From positions 721,868 through 785,867 of the forward strand of contig CAWBXH010000005.1 in NCBI GenBank assembly GCA_963792745.1: a stretch of DNA of 64,000 bases. Direction: 5' to 3'. Every line of letters begins with the position of its first letter. Positions within the stretch are counted from its first letter, which is position 1. Source of the DNA: an uncultured Actinomycetota bacterium (GTDB lineage: Bacteria > Actinomycetota > Actinomycetes > Mycobacteriales > Mycobacteriaceae). A program made the position numbers and the translations under genes. This document shows, piece after piece, positions 43,059-55,232 of the stretch. The notes beneath the pieces were generated by a model. The model was not told the DNA's origin, did not search any database, and saw only the letters and a program-made list of their open reading frames with translations.

Positions 43059-44199
43059 ATGCGGAGACTGCTCGCAGTGGTCACTGCACTGGTAACCGTC
43101 GGCGCCACAGCGTGTTTCGGGTCCGGAATCGCGGCCGCCGATGACACGCAGGCCGGCTGGACGCCGGACCACGGGGCACCGGGCAATGGGCCACCACCAC
43201 TGGGGACGCCGGGGCGGGGCTACGCCCTAGGGGGCGCGCACGTTCTGGGCATTCCCTACGACGAGTACATCAAGCGCACGGGCGCCGAGTGGTTCCCGGG
43301 ACTGGATCGACAGATCGTCGACTATCCCGCTGGTCAGGTTCAGGGGCACACCCTGGAACGGTTGTTTCCGGGCATCGGCCGGCTGGGTGACGGCTTTCCG
43401 GGCCTGGGCATCGACGGCCCCAGCATCGGCGAGTCGGTCGACGAGGGTGAGGGCAACCTGGAAACGGCGATCCGCAACGGTGGTCCCGGCACCGCGATCG
43501 GCTTGTCCGAGGGTGCGATGGTGCTCGACGCCGTGCAGGCGAAGCTCGCGAACGATCCGACCGCGCCGCCGCCGGCCACATTGAGCTTCGCGACCTATGG
43601 CGACCCGCTTAGCGAAGCACGCCTTCGGTGAGAGTTTCCTGACCCAGATGTTCCCGGTCGGTAGCGTCGTACCCTCACTCGACTTCCGCATGCCACCTCC
43701 GGTGGAGAGCCAGTACGACACCTACCAATTCGTCTCCGCATACGACAGCATCGCCGACTGGCCGGACAGGCCGGACAACTGGATGGCCCTCGCCAATGCG
43801 GTCGTGGGTCTGGCGACCGGTCACACCGCGGTGGCGTTCACCAACCCGAGTAACGTGCCGCCGCAGAACATCAGAACGACCGTCAACTCCAAGGGTGCGA
43901 AGACGACGACGTATCTGATCCCCGAGCAGCACCTTCCCCTGGTGGTGCCCTTCAAGTACCTCGGAGTAGATGAAGGCACGCTCAATCAGCTTGACGGCGT
44001 GCTCAAGCCGATGGTGGACGCGGGATATTCACGAAACGACGATCCGCTGACCGCTCCGATCTCGGTGGATCCGGTACATGGCTACGACCCGGCTGCCGTC
44101 ACCGCACCGGCCACGCAGGCCGCCTTCGGCGGCGGCGCCGATCCGGTGTCGCAGCTGCTGGCCGGGTTCCAGTACGTGCTGAACCACCCAGGCGGCTAG
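43059..44199 (+). pseudogene. PE-PPE-domain serine hydrolase/transacylase (pE of the TPP locus), +1 frameshift near 43610
   Basis: Signal peptide and GLSEGA (GxSxG) in the first frame. [13 protein letters not shown] and GHT in the second frame. Junction reads GDPL-(extra base)-AKHAFGES. Confidence 0.85.
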
Positions 44200-44862
44200 A
44201 GTCCGGCAAGCCCCGCGACGAGGAGCACGCAGCCGACTACGACCAACAAGATGGTGACCGCGCGGCGGCGCCGCGTCCGCAACCAGTCCTGCAGCGCCGA
44301 CAGCGTTGCGCGGGTGCGGTCCGGAGCCACCAGATAGCAGATCAGCGGGATCTCCACGAACCCGAACGCCACCACGTTGAACAGCAGTAAGGCGCCGACC
44401 TGGACCGAGGCCGCGGCGCCAGAGGCGACGATGAGCGCAAGCACGGCGAGATAGTCGACCGACGGCAGCGCGATGCCGAGGCCCGCGACGCCCGACGTCC
44501 ACAGTGAGCGGCCGTTGACCAGTTGCCGGGTGCGCGCCGCGAGCGGTTCGAATCTTTGAGAGTCCGATGCCCGCAGATCCGTCGCCCCGCTTACCCACCG
44601 TGGCCACCACCGCGGCGTTGACCAGCAGCACCGCGCCCACGACGATCTGCACTCTGGGCAGGGTGAAATGGGCTGACCCCAATGCCGGCCGCAGGATGAA
44701 CAGCACGATCACGCCCACGGTGATGCCCATCGCGAATCCGCCGGTGAGAAAGGCGAGTAGTTGCAGCAGCGGCCGGGGCCGGTTGATCATCAGAACCGTC
44801 ATGCCTATCCGGAAGGGCTCCAGGCTGACGGCAACGGCCATCGCCAGCAGCGTGATCCACAT
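44196..44862 (-). pseudogene. Gap/Sap-family small membrane glycolipid-addressing protein, frameshift near 44545-44600
   Basis: MWITLLAMAVAVSLEPFRIG N-terminus and LPSVDYLAVLALI...VEIPLICYLVAP C-terminus are in different frames. Confidence 0.8.
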
Positions 44863-44950
44863 GGCTACTCAGTTCTGCTGGGCCGCCCAGTGGCTAGCCG
44901 GGTGGACTGCGCTTGTCGGTACCGCTCGACGCAGAACGGCTTCGACCGCC

Positions 44951-45940
44951 TCAGATCAGACCCAGTTCGGTGACGGCCTTACGCTCGTCGACCAGCTCCG
45001 CGGTGGTCTTGTCGATCCGGGACCGGGAGAAGTCGTCGATCTCCAGCCCACCCACGATCGTCCAGTTGCCGTCCTTCGTGGTCACCGGGAACGACGAGAT
45101 GATGCCCTCGGGCACGCCGTAACTGCCATCGGACAACACCGCCATCGACACCCAGTCGTCCTTCGGGCTGCCCAGCAGCCAGTCGCGGGCGGCGTCGGTG
45201 GTCGCCGACGCGGCCGACGCGGCCGAGGAGGCGCCACGCGCATCGATGATCGCCGCACCGCGTTTGGCGACGGTCGGGATGAAGTCGTTCTCGATCCAGT
45301 CCTGGTCGTTGACGGCCTCGGCGGCGTTCTTCCCGCCGACCTCCGCGTGGAAGATGTCGGGGTACTGGGTGGCCGAGTGGTTGCCCCAGATCGTCATCTT
45401 CTTGATGTCGGTGACCTTGGCGCCGGTCTTGTGCGCCAGCTGTGAGATCGCCCGGTTGTGGTCGAGACGGGTGAGCGCGGAGAACCGTTCGCGAGGGATG
45501 TCGGGCGCGTTGCTCATTGCGATGAGCGCGTTGGTGTTGGCGGGGTTGCCGGTGACGCCGATGCGGACGTCGTCGGCTGCCACCGAATTGAGCGCCTTGC
45601 CCTGGGCAGTGAAGATCGCACCATTCGCCTCGAGCAGGTCGCTGCGCTCCATGCCCGGCCCGCGGGGACGCGCACCGACAAGCAGGGCGAGGTTCACGCC
45701 GTCGAAGATCTTGTTCGCGTCGGCACCGGTCTGGACACCGGCCAGCAAGGGGAACGCGCAGTCGTCGAGTTCCATCACGACCCCCTCGAGCGCCTTGAGC
45801 GCCGGCTCGATCTCGAGCAGCCGAAGCTCGATCGGCCGGTCGGGCCCGAGCAATGAGCCGCTCGCCAAGCGGAACAGCAGGCTGTAGCCGATCTGGCCGG
45901 CGGCGCCGGTGACCGCGACCTTCAGGGGAGATGTGCTCAC
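44951..45940 (-). CDS. mdh: Malate dehydrogenase (type 2)
   Basis: [35 protein letters not shown]. 329 aa from the GTG at 45940. Confidence 0.96.
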   Translation of the reverse strand: MSTSPLKVAVTGAAGQIGYSLLFRLASGSLLGPDRPIELRLLEIEPALKALEGVVMELDDCAFPLLAGVQTGADANKIFDGVNLALLVGARPRGPGMERSDLLEANGAIFTAQGKALNSVAADDVRIGVTGNPANTNALIAMSNAPDIPRERFSALTRLDHNRAISQLAHKTGAKVTDIKKMTIWGNHSATQYPDIFHAEVGGKNAAEAVNDQDWIENDFIPTVAKRGAAIIDARGASSAASAASATTDAARDWLLGSPKDDWVSMAVLSDGSYGVPEGIISSFPVTTKDGNWTIVGGLEIDDFSRSRIDKTTAELVDERKAVTELGLI

Positions 45941-46082
45941 GTCTTCAGGCTCCTTGGGAAGAGAGGTTTCCGGGGTTGAAACTAGCGCACTGCGCCAGCG
46001 GCGAAACCGGCGGTCCAGAACGTCCCGCGCGTAGCATTGGCCGAGGCTGGATTGGGCCCTCGCTGGGACGGGAGGTTGACGC

Positions 46083-47183
46083 ATGCCATCGTTTCGCGCT
46101 CTGCCTTCATCGCTTCGATCCGCGCGAACCAAGCACACCCACCCCGATGCGCGGTCCATCCATGTCCCGGTGGCCCGCGCAATGGTGGATTGCGGCGTCT
46201 ATGCCGACGGCAAACGGCTGCCCGGCAAGTACACCCACGCCGCCGCCCTGAACAAGGTGCGCGAACTCGAACAAGAGGGCAGGGAAGCCTTCGTGTGGAT
46301 CGGCCTGCACGAGCCCGACGACCACCAGATGCAGGCCGTCGCCGACGTGTTCTGCCTTCACGAGCTGGCCGTCGAGGACGCGGTGCACGCCCATCAACGA
46401 CCAAAGCTGGAACGCTACGACAAGACGCTGTTCCTCGTTCTCAAGACGGTGAACTACGTCGAACACGAATCGATGATCAACGCCAGGGAGATCGTCGAGA
46501 CCGGCGAGATCATGATCTTCGTCGGAGCCGATTTCGTGGTGACCGTTCGTCACGGCGAACACAGCGGGCTGGCGGCAGTGCGCAAGCGTCTCGACGCCTC
46601 ACCCGCAACCCTCAAACTCGGGCCATATGCCGTGATGCACGCTATCGCCGACCATGTCGTCGACAGCTACCTCGACGTCACCGATCTGATCGAGACCGAC
46701 ATCGACGCGATGGAAGAGGACATCTTCTCGCCGTTGAAGCAGACCAACATCGAATGCATCTACCTCCTCAAACGAGAAGTCGTCGAACTACGCCGCGCCG
46801 TCGCCCCGCTGACGCTGGCACTGCAGCGGATCGGCACCGACCACAACGACCTGATCTCGATCGAGGTGCGGCGCTACATGCGCGACGTACTCGACCACAA
46901 CATTCAGGCCTCGGACCGGATCACCAGCTACGACGAGTTGCTCAGCTCACTGGTGCAGGCCGCGCTCGGCAAGGTGGCGATGCAGCAGAACGTCGACATG
47001 CGCAAGATCTCGGCGTGGGTGGCGATCGCCGCGGTGCCGACCGCGATTGCAGGCATCTACGGGATGAACTTCGACCACATGCCGGAGCTGAAATGGACCT
47101 GGGGCTATCCGGCGGTGCTGACGTTGATGTTCTGCGTCTGCTTCCTGCTGTACCGCACATTCCGTCGCAACAACTGGCTCTAG
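46083..47183 (+). CDS. corA: Mg2+/Co2+ transporter CorA
   Basis: [25 protein letters not shown] signature, two C-terminal TM helices. Confidence 0.95.
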   Translation: MPSFRALPSSLRSARTKHTHPDARSIHVPVARAMVDCGVYADGKRLPGKYTHAAALNKVRELEQEGREAFVWIGLHEPDDHQMQAVADVFCLHELAVEDAVHAHQRPKLERYDKTLFLVLKTVNYVEHESMINAREIVETGEIMIFVGADFVVTVRHGEHSGLAAVRKRLDASPATLKLGPYAVMHAIADHVVDSYLDVTDLIETDIDAMEEDIFSPLKQTNIECIYLLKREVVELRRAVAPLTLALQRIGTDHNDLISIEVRRYMRDVLDHNIQASDRITSYDELLSSLVQAALGKVAMQQNVDMRKISAWVAIAAVPTAIAGIYGMNFDHMPELKWTWGYPAVLTLMFCVCFLLYRTFRRNNWL

Positions 47184-47188
47184 TTCGC

Positions 47189-47247
47189 CGAAACGGAATT
47201 CCGGCAGGTCTCTTCTCGGGCACTTTCTCTGCTGGAATGCCGTTTCG
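47189..47247. repeat. Intact 59-bp palindromic unit (19-bp arms, 21-nt loop)
   Basis: CGAAACGGAATTCCGGCAG-N21-CTGCTGGAATGCCGTTTCG between the convergent corA and SUFU-like genes. Confidence 0.88.
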
Positions 47248-47253
47248 CCGAAA

Positions 47254-47862
47254 CTAGCGACGCGGACCTCGGCTCGGGGCTGACGCGGGTCGGCCGGGGT
47301 CGAGCACGTCCACACCGTCGGTTCGCCACGCCTCACGCATCGCCTCGGCACCCTTGAGCCGCACCCAGGCCGCCTCGGTCGGCGTGATCGGGACCGCGGC
47401 GAGCACGGCCACCGGCTCATGTGGTTCGGGCAGCGAAACATCGTCGATCTCACTGCTGCCCAACAGGAATGCGGTGAATGCGGCACCGCTCCACAACGGG
47501 GAGCCGAGATCGACGAGTGCATCGGGCGCCAGAACCAGTCCTTCTACGGCGGGTGCGGCGGCCAGCACCGCCAGATTGCGGGCGAGCCCGGCCGGTGAGG
47601 ATCCGCGCAGCGCGACCGTCACCTCCGCGCGCGGCCCGCGCACCGGATCGGCGGCGAATTCGCTCGGGTCGGTCATCGGATGGCGCGAACAGCCAACGGA
47701 CACATAGTGAACGACGCCGTCATCATCGGGCCCGAACCGCAGGACGTCGATGGGTTCGGTGCCGAGAAACGTCACGCTTGCGGCGTCGGGCTCAGCGCTG
47801 ATCCCAGCCAGGGCGAAGTGCGCACGCAGGTGAGCGCGGACCTCGTCGACGACGTCGGTCAC
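47254..47862 (-). CDS. Suppressor-of-fused (SUFU)-domain protein
   Basis: FLGTEPIDVLRF, HYVSVGCSRHPM, PRAE, VPITPTEAAWVRLKG. Overlaps the sugC stop by 4 bp. Confidence 0.7.
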   Translation of the reverse strand: MTDVVDEVRAHLRAHFALAGISAEPDAASVTFLGTEPIDVLRFGPDDDGVVHYVSVGCSRHPMTDPSEFAADPVRGPRAEVTVALRGSSPAGLARNLAVLAAAPAVEGLVLAPDALVDLGSPLWSGAAFTAFLLGSSEIDDVSLPEPHEPVAVLAAVPITPTEAAWVRLKGAEAMREAWRTDGVDVLDPGRPASAPSRGPRR

Positions 47863-49052
47863 TCCGCAGGAGGTGTTGGCTGCTCTTCGGGCGGGATGGT
47901 GAGGTTGGCGCCGGTGTCCGCGTCGAAGATCACCAGCTTGGTGGTGTCGAACGCCAGCTCCACCGTCTGGCCCGGGGTCACCTTCGACTCGGTGGAAACC
48001 CTTGCCACGAACTCGTTTTCGCCCACCCCCGAATCGGCGGCGAGCTCGGCCAGCTGAGCGGCCTGAGCACCCGCGCCCTCGGTGGTGAAATGCACGTACT
48101 TGTCGGCGCCGAGTGATTCGACGAAGTCGACCTTCACCTCGAACGTCAACGCCCGGATGCGCGCGTAAGTGTCGATCAGCGACGCGTCCTCGAGATGCTC
48201 GGGCCGGATTCCGACGATCACGTTGTTCGGCCGGTTGTGCTGCGCGAGCACATCATGCACTTCTTGGGTCAGCGTGATTTCACCGAACGGCAGCTTGAGC
48301 CCGACATCGGTCATCGTCGCCGGGAAGAAGTTCATCGCGGGTGATCCGATGAAGCCCGCGACGAACAGGTTCGCCGGCCTGGCATACAGCTCCTCCGGCG
48401 TGCCGATCTGCTGGGCCTCCCCCGCGCGCAGCACAACGACGCGATCGCCCAGCGTCATCGCCTCGGTCTGGTCGTGCGTGACGTACACCGTGGTGGTGCC
48501 CAACCGGTTCTGCAAGCGGGCGATCTCCGACCGCATCTGCACGCGCAGTTTGGCGTCCAGGTTGGACAGCGGCTCATCCATCAGGAAGGCCTTGGGGTCG
48601 CGCACGATCGCCCGGCCCATCGCTACGCGCTGACGCTGACCGCCCGACAGCTGACCGGGCTTGCGGTCCAGAAGTTCGGTCAGATCAAGGATTTTCGCGG
48701 TCTCGTCGACCTTCGAGGCGATCTCGGCCTTCTTCATCTTCGCCAAAGTCAACGGGAAGGCGATGTTCTGCCGGACCGTCATGTGCGGGTAAAGGGCGTA
48801 GGACTGGAACACCATCGCGATATCGCGGTCCTTGGGCGCCTTCTCGTTCACCCGCTGGCCGCCGATGCGAAGTTCGCCCGACGAGATCTCCTCCAGCCCG
48901 GCAATCATGTTGAGCGTCGTGGACTTTCCGCAGCCAGACGGACCGACCAGGATGATGAACTCGCCGTCGGCGATGTTGATCGAGAGATCCTTCACGGCCG
49001 TGGCGCCGTCTGGGTAACTCTTCGTCACCCGGTCCAACACAATCTCGGCCAT
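47859..49052 (-). CDS. sugC: Trehalose ABC transporter ATPase
   Basis: GPSGCGKST, LSGGQRQR, FLMDEPLSNLD, YVTHDQ. Confidence 0.93.
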   Translation of the reverse strand: MAEIVLDRVTKSYPDGATAVKDLSINIADGEFIILVGPSGCGKSTTLNMIAGLEEISSGELRIGGQRVNEKAPKDRDIAMVFQSYALYPHMTVRQNIAFPLTLAKMKKAEIASKVDETAKILDLTELLDRKPGQLSGGQRQRVAMGRAIVRDPKAFLMDEPLSNLDAKLRVQMRSEIARLQNRLGTTTVYVTHDQTEAMTLGDRVVVLRAGEAQQIGTPEELYARPANLFVAGFIGSPAMNFFPATMTDVGLKLPFGEITLTQEVHDVLAQHNRPNNVIVGIRPEHLEDASLIDTYARIRALTFEVKVDFVESLGADKYVHFTTEGAGAQAAQLAELAADSGVGENEFVARVSTESKVTPGQTVELAFDTTKLVIFDADTGANLTIPPEEQPTPPAE

Positions 49053-49056
49053 CGAA

Positions 49057-49893
49057 CTACCCCTTCACCGCACCAGACGTCAATCCAGCGACGATCCGTC
49101 GTTGGAAGATTAAAACAAAGATAATGATCGGAATCGTGATCACCATGGCGCCCGCCGCAATCGATCCGGTCGGCTCCTCGAATTGCGAACTGCCGGTGAA
49201 GTTCGCAATCGCCACCGGCGCGGTGATAGCGCGCTGGGTGGCCGTCAACGACAACGCCAGCAGCAGGTCGTTCCAGGCGAAGATGAACACCAGGATCGCC
49301 GCGGTGACGATTCCCGGCGCCGCCAGCGGGGCGATCACCTTGCGGAAGGCCTGGGCCGGTGAGGCGCCGTCCATCTTGGCCGCCTTCTCCAAATCCCAAG
49401 GGATCTCGCGGAAGAACGCCGACAGCGTGTAGATGGCCAGCGGCAGCGCGAACGTGATGTACGGGATGATCAGGCCCGGCCAGGTGTCGAACAGGCCGAT
49501 GCGGCGCCACAGGTTGAAAATCGGTGTCACCAGCGAGATCTGCGGAAACATCGCGATCAGCAATGCGATACCGACCAGCACTCGCTTACCCGGAAAGTTC
49601 AGCCGGGCGACGGCGTAGGCCGCCATGCCACCGATGACCACCGCAATCACCGTGGTGATCAGGCCGATGCCGATCGAGTTGATCAGCGCCGAGGTGAACG
49701 CGTCGCCGGAGAAGATGCCCTTGTAGTTGTCGAACGTGATCCCCGACGGAATCAGCTTGCCGTCCTTCACCGTTGACGTCGGCTTGAGTGAAAGCGAAAG
49801 AATCCACAACACCGGAAACAGTGCGTAGATGACGACCAGGATGTTGACGACGGTCCATCCCGTCGCCCTGCCGGCACCGACCCGTTCGGCCAT
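49057..49893 (-). CDS. sugB: Trehalose ABC transporter permease
   Basis: [13 protein letters not shown]-like loop, six TM segments. Confidence 0.9.
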   Translation of the reverse strand: MAERVGAGRATGWTVVNILVVIYALFPVLWILSLSLKPTSTVKDGKLIPSGITFDNYKGIFSGDAFTSALINSIGIGLITTVIAVVIGGMAAYAVARLNFPGKRVLVGIALLIAMFPQISLVTPIFNLWRRIGLFDTWPGLIIPYITFALPLAIYTLSAFFREIPWDLEKAAKMDGASPAQAFRKVIAPLAAPGIVTAAILVFIFAWNDLLLALSLTATQRAITAPVAIANFTGSSQFEEPTGSIAAGAMVITIPIIIFVLIFQRRIVAGLTSGAVKG

Positions 49894-49894
49894 A

Positions 49895-52347
<2,453 letters not shown>

Positions 52348-52356
52348 TCAGACGCG

Positions 52357-52887
52357 TCAGATGGTCAAGCGCGCCAGCAGATCCCGGCCCTTCTCGGCGC
52401 CCTGCGGGTCGCACAACACGTCGTAGCGGCCGGCGACAAGCTGCATCGTGGAGCTGAAATCCCTTGTGCCGCGTGCCATCGCGTACGGGATAGCGGAGGT
52501 GATCAGGCCGAAGAAGACGCCCGCGATCAGGCCGGTGATCAACGCACCCCATGGGCTCGGGCTGAAGAAGCCCAGGATCAGGCCGATGAACAGACCCAGC
52601 CAGGCGCCGGTGAGCACCCCGCCGCCGAGGACCTTGGGCCAGGTCAGCCGTCCGGTCACGCGCTCGACCTGCATGAGGTCAACGCCGACGATGGTCACCT
52701 GCTGGACCGGAAACTCTTGGTCGGACAGGTAGTCCACCGCCCGCTGCGCCTCGGCGTAGGTCGGATACGAGCCGATCGGCCATCCCTTCGGCGGGGTCGG
52801 TAGGCCTGCCGGCCGACCGCGTGCCGGAGATGTCGGCGCACCGGGTGTCCCGGCGGGATTCTGTCCAGGCTGGAACGGGCTGGTCAT
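52357..52887 (-). CDS. Rv1234-like general-stress membrane protein
   Basis: GWPIGSYPTYAEAQRAVDYLSD, VERVTGRL, two TM segments, RDFSST. Confidence 0.82.
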   Translation of the reverse strand: MTSPFQPGQNPAGTPGAPTSPARGRPAGLPTPPKGWPIGSYPTYAEAQRAVDYLSDQEFPVQQVTIVGVDLMQVERVTGRLTWPKVLGGGVLTGAWLGLFIGLILGFFSPSPWGALITGLIAGVFFGLITSAIPYAMARGTRDFSSTMQLVAGRYDVLCDPQGAEKGRDLLARLTI

Positions 52888-53007
52888 CGATCCTCAATCT
52901 CCTCTATTCGCGCCGCGAATTCTCTCGGCCTCTCACGCTAAACGAGCAGGCGTGGGCGTTGGTGCCCCACGCCCACCTCGGGGACGGGGACCAGCACATA
53001 CGCTAGG

Positions 53008-53784
53008 TTGAACAGCATGACAAATCCGGGTGGGGACTCCTCCGAAACGCCAGCATCCGACTCGAGCGCAGGGTCGTCGGAGCCGTCATCCGGCGGCTAC
53101 GAGGCGCCGCCGATCGAGCAGTCGGAGCCACAGGATGCGCCGACGATGCAGGCCCCGTTGCAGGTTCCTGAGCAGCCCGCGCCGACGGAGCAGTTCACTC
53201 CTCCGGGATACACCCCGCCGTCACCCGGGTACGACGTCCCGCCGAGCACCGGGTACGACGTACCACCGAGCTATCAACCGCCCGCCGACTATCAGCAACC
53301 GGGCTACGCGCCGCCCGGCTACGCGCCCCCGCCGACATATCCGTCGCCGCCGAGCTACCCGCCGCCCGGTGCCCAACAGCAGGCCTACCCGCCGCCTTAC
53401 CCGGATCCGTCGGCCTACGGCGGGCAGCCGTCCTATGGCGCCCCGTCCTATCCCCCGCCGCCGCCACCGCAGTACGGCGGTGCGCCGGGATACCCGCCGC
53501 CGTCGTCGTATCCGGCAACGGGGTATCCCGGTGGGTACGGCGGCGGCTACGGGCAGCCGCAGCCTGAAACCAACCAGATGGCGATCTGGTCGTTGGTGAG
53601 CTCGCTGGTCGGTTTTCTCTGCTGGCTGGGCGGGCCGGTGGGCATCGCGCTCGGTTTTGTCGCCCTGAACCAGATCAAGGAGAAGGGCCAGGGCGGCCAC
53701 GGGCTGGCGGTGGCCGGCATCGCGGTCGGTGCCGCGTCGCTGATCATCGGCCTCATCTGGTTCATCTTCGCCCTCAACGCCTGA
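53008..53784 (+). CDS. Pro/Tyr/Gly-rich DUF4190-type membrane protein (Rv1233c-like)
   Basis: Long PYG low-complexity region, then TNQMAIWSLV...ALNQIK...GHGLAVAGI two-TM module. Confidence 0.8.
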   Translation: MNSMTNPGGDSSETPASDSSAGSSEPSSGGYEAPPIEQSEPQDAPTMQAPLQVPEQPAPTEQFTPPGYTPPSPGYDVPPSTGYDVPPSYQPPADYQQPGYAPPGYAPPPTYPSPPSYPPPGAQQQAYPPPYPDPSAYGGQPSYGAPSYPPPPPPQYGGAPGYPPPSSYPATGYPGGYGGGYGQPQPETNQMAIWSLVSSLVGFLCWLGGPVGIALGFVALNQIKEKGQGGHGLAVAGIAVGAASLIIGLIWFIFALNA

Positions 53785-53785
53785 C

Positions 53786-54241
53786 GTGACCACGCCGCCC
53801 GAACAGCCGTTTCGCGGCGCCGAGTACCCACCCTTGGAGCAGTCGGCGCAGCAGCGGGATCCGTATGCGCCGGTTGACTACCCGACGAACTATCCGCCGT
53901 TGCCGCCGCCCGTCTACCCCTTCGGTGGCGGATACCCGGCCGGATATCCGGGCTACCAGCCGTACGACCCATACCGTCCGGCCAAGCCGCTCGGCACCAA
54001 CGGCAAGGCGATCGCGGCGCTCGTCACCGCGCTGGCCGGGCTGATGTTCTGCGGACTGCCGTCCATAGCGGGCCTGATCCTCGGCATCATCGCGATGCGG
54101 GAGTGCAGGCGCACCGGCCAGGACGGCTTCGGGATCGCGCTGGCCGGCACCATCATCGGCGGCGTGCTGACCGCCCTGCTCGTGCTGTATCTGGTTTTGG
54201 TTGTGGGCGTGGCCGCCAGCGGATTCCAGTGGGCGCCATAG
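53786..54241 (+). CDS. Second DUF4190-type membrane protein
   Basis: TNGKAIAALV...AMREC...QDGFGIALAG two-TM module after a Pro/Tyr-rich N-terminus. Confidence 0.8.
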   Translation: MTTPPEQPFRGAEYPPLEQSAQQRDPYAPVDYPTNYPPLPPPVYPFGGGYPAGYPGYQPYDPYRPAKPLGTNGKAIAALVTALAGLMFCGLPSIAGLILGIIAMRECRRTGQDGFGIALAGTIIGGVLTALLVLYLVLVVGVAASGFQWAP

Positions 54242-54251
54242 ATTTTCGCAG

Positions 54252-55208
54252 CTAGCTCGGCGGCTGGAACGGCCCGGCCTCACGTGTCATCCCCGCCGCG
54301 CGGCCCTTACCGGCGATCACCAACGCCATCTTGCGGCTGGCCTCGTCGATCATCTCGTCGCCGAGCATCACCGCGCCGCGGGCCCCGCCTTCGCGTGAGG
54401 TGTGCCATTCGTAGGCCTCGAGGATCAGCTCCGCGTGGTCGTAGGCCTCCTGACGCGGGCTGAATATCTCGTTGCCCGCGGCGATCTGGTCCGGGTGCAG
54501 CACCCATTTGCCGTCGTAGCCCAGCGCCGCCGACCGCCCCGCCACCCGCCGGAACGCGTCGACGTCGCGGACCTTCAGGTACGGCCCGTCGATCGCGGCG
54601 ACGCCGTGGGTGCGGGCGGCGACCAGGATCGTCATCAGCGCGTGGTGGTAGGCGTCGCCGACGTCGTAGCCCTCGGGCTGCTCCCCCACCACCAGCGTGC
54701 GCATGTTCAGGCTCGCCATCATGTCGGCGGGCCCGAGCACCAGCGCCTGCACCCGCGGGCCGGCCGCGATGGCGTCCACGTTCGTCAGGCCCTGCGCGTT
54801 CTCGATCTGCGCCTCGATGCCGATGCGGCCGACGGGCAGCCCGTGCGTGGTCTCCAGTTGCGACAGCAGCAGATCGAGCGCGTGGATGTGAGAGACGTCG
54901 GCCACCTTCGGCAGCACGATCAGATCGAGTGACGCGCCTGCGGCCGACACCACCTCGATCACGTCGGCATGCGTCCACGACGTGGTCCAGTCATTGACGC
55001 GAACGCCCCGCAGCTGATTCGACCAACCCGGCTCCGCAAGCGCGGCCGCCACCTGTGTGCGCGCTTCGGCCTTGGCATCGGGTGCGACGGCGTCCTCGAG
55101 GTCGAGAAACACTTCGTCGGCGGGCAGCGTCTTGGACTTCTCGATCATCTTCGCGTTGCTTCCCGGAACCGAAAGACACGTTCGGCGGGGTCGATACGCG
55201 TTATTCAT
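54252..55208 (-). CDS. HpcH/HpaI aldolase / citrate-lyase beta (CitE/malyl-CoA lyase-like) family protein
   Basis: RRTCLSVPGS, FLDLEDAV, VRVN, LPKV, AQIE, GPAD, IDGPY, GYDGKWVLHP. Confidence 0.85.
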   Translation of the reverse strand: MNNAYRPRRTCLSVPGSNAKMIEKSKTLPADEVFLDLEDAVAPDAKAEARTQVAAALAEPGWSNQLRGVRVNDWTTSWTHADVIEVVSAAGASLDLIVLPKVADVSHIHALDLLLSQLETTHGLPVGRIGIEAQIENAQGLTNVDAIAAGPRVQALVLGPADMMASLNMRTLVVGEQPEGYDVGDAYHHALMTILVAARTHGVAAIDGPYLKVRDVDAFRRVAGRSAALGYDGKWVLHPDQIAAGNEIFSPRQEAYDHAELILEAYEWHTSREGGARGAVMLGDEMIDEASRKMALVIAGKGRAAGMTREAGPFQPPS

Positions 55209-55232
55209 GGATACACTCCTACCCTTTTCACC

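Noticed and set aside
25325-44950. Integrative-element boundaries for the glycolipid cluster
   Set aside because: No integrase, transposase, tRNA or matching direct repeats were seen at either edge, so mobility is not claimed.
44951-46159. 402-aa extended Mdh; similar 5' extensions for Kgd, SigE, Mrp, CitE-like and the DHA2 MFS in the ORF track
   Set aside because: The ORF caller used the most upstream start. Conserved N-termini and SD positions support the shorter starts given in the features.
52952-52976. 8-bp hairpin GTGGGCGT/ACGCCCAC between divergent genes
   Set aside because: Short and GC-rich with no U-tract, and unrelated to the 60-bp units. Not distinguishable from background.
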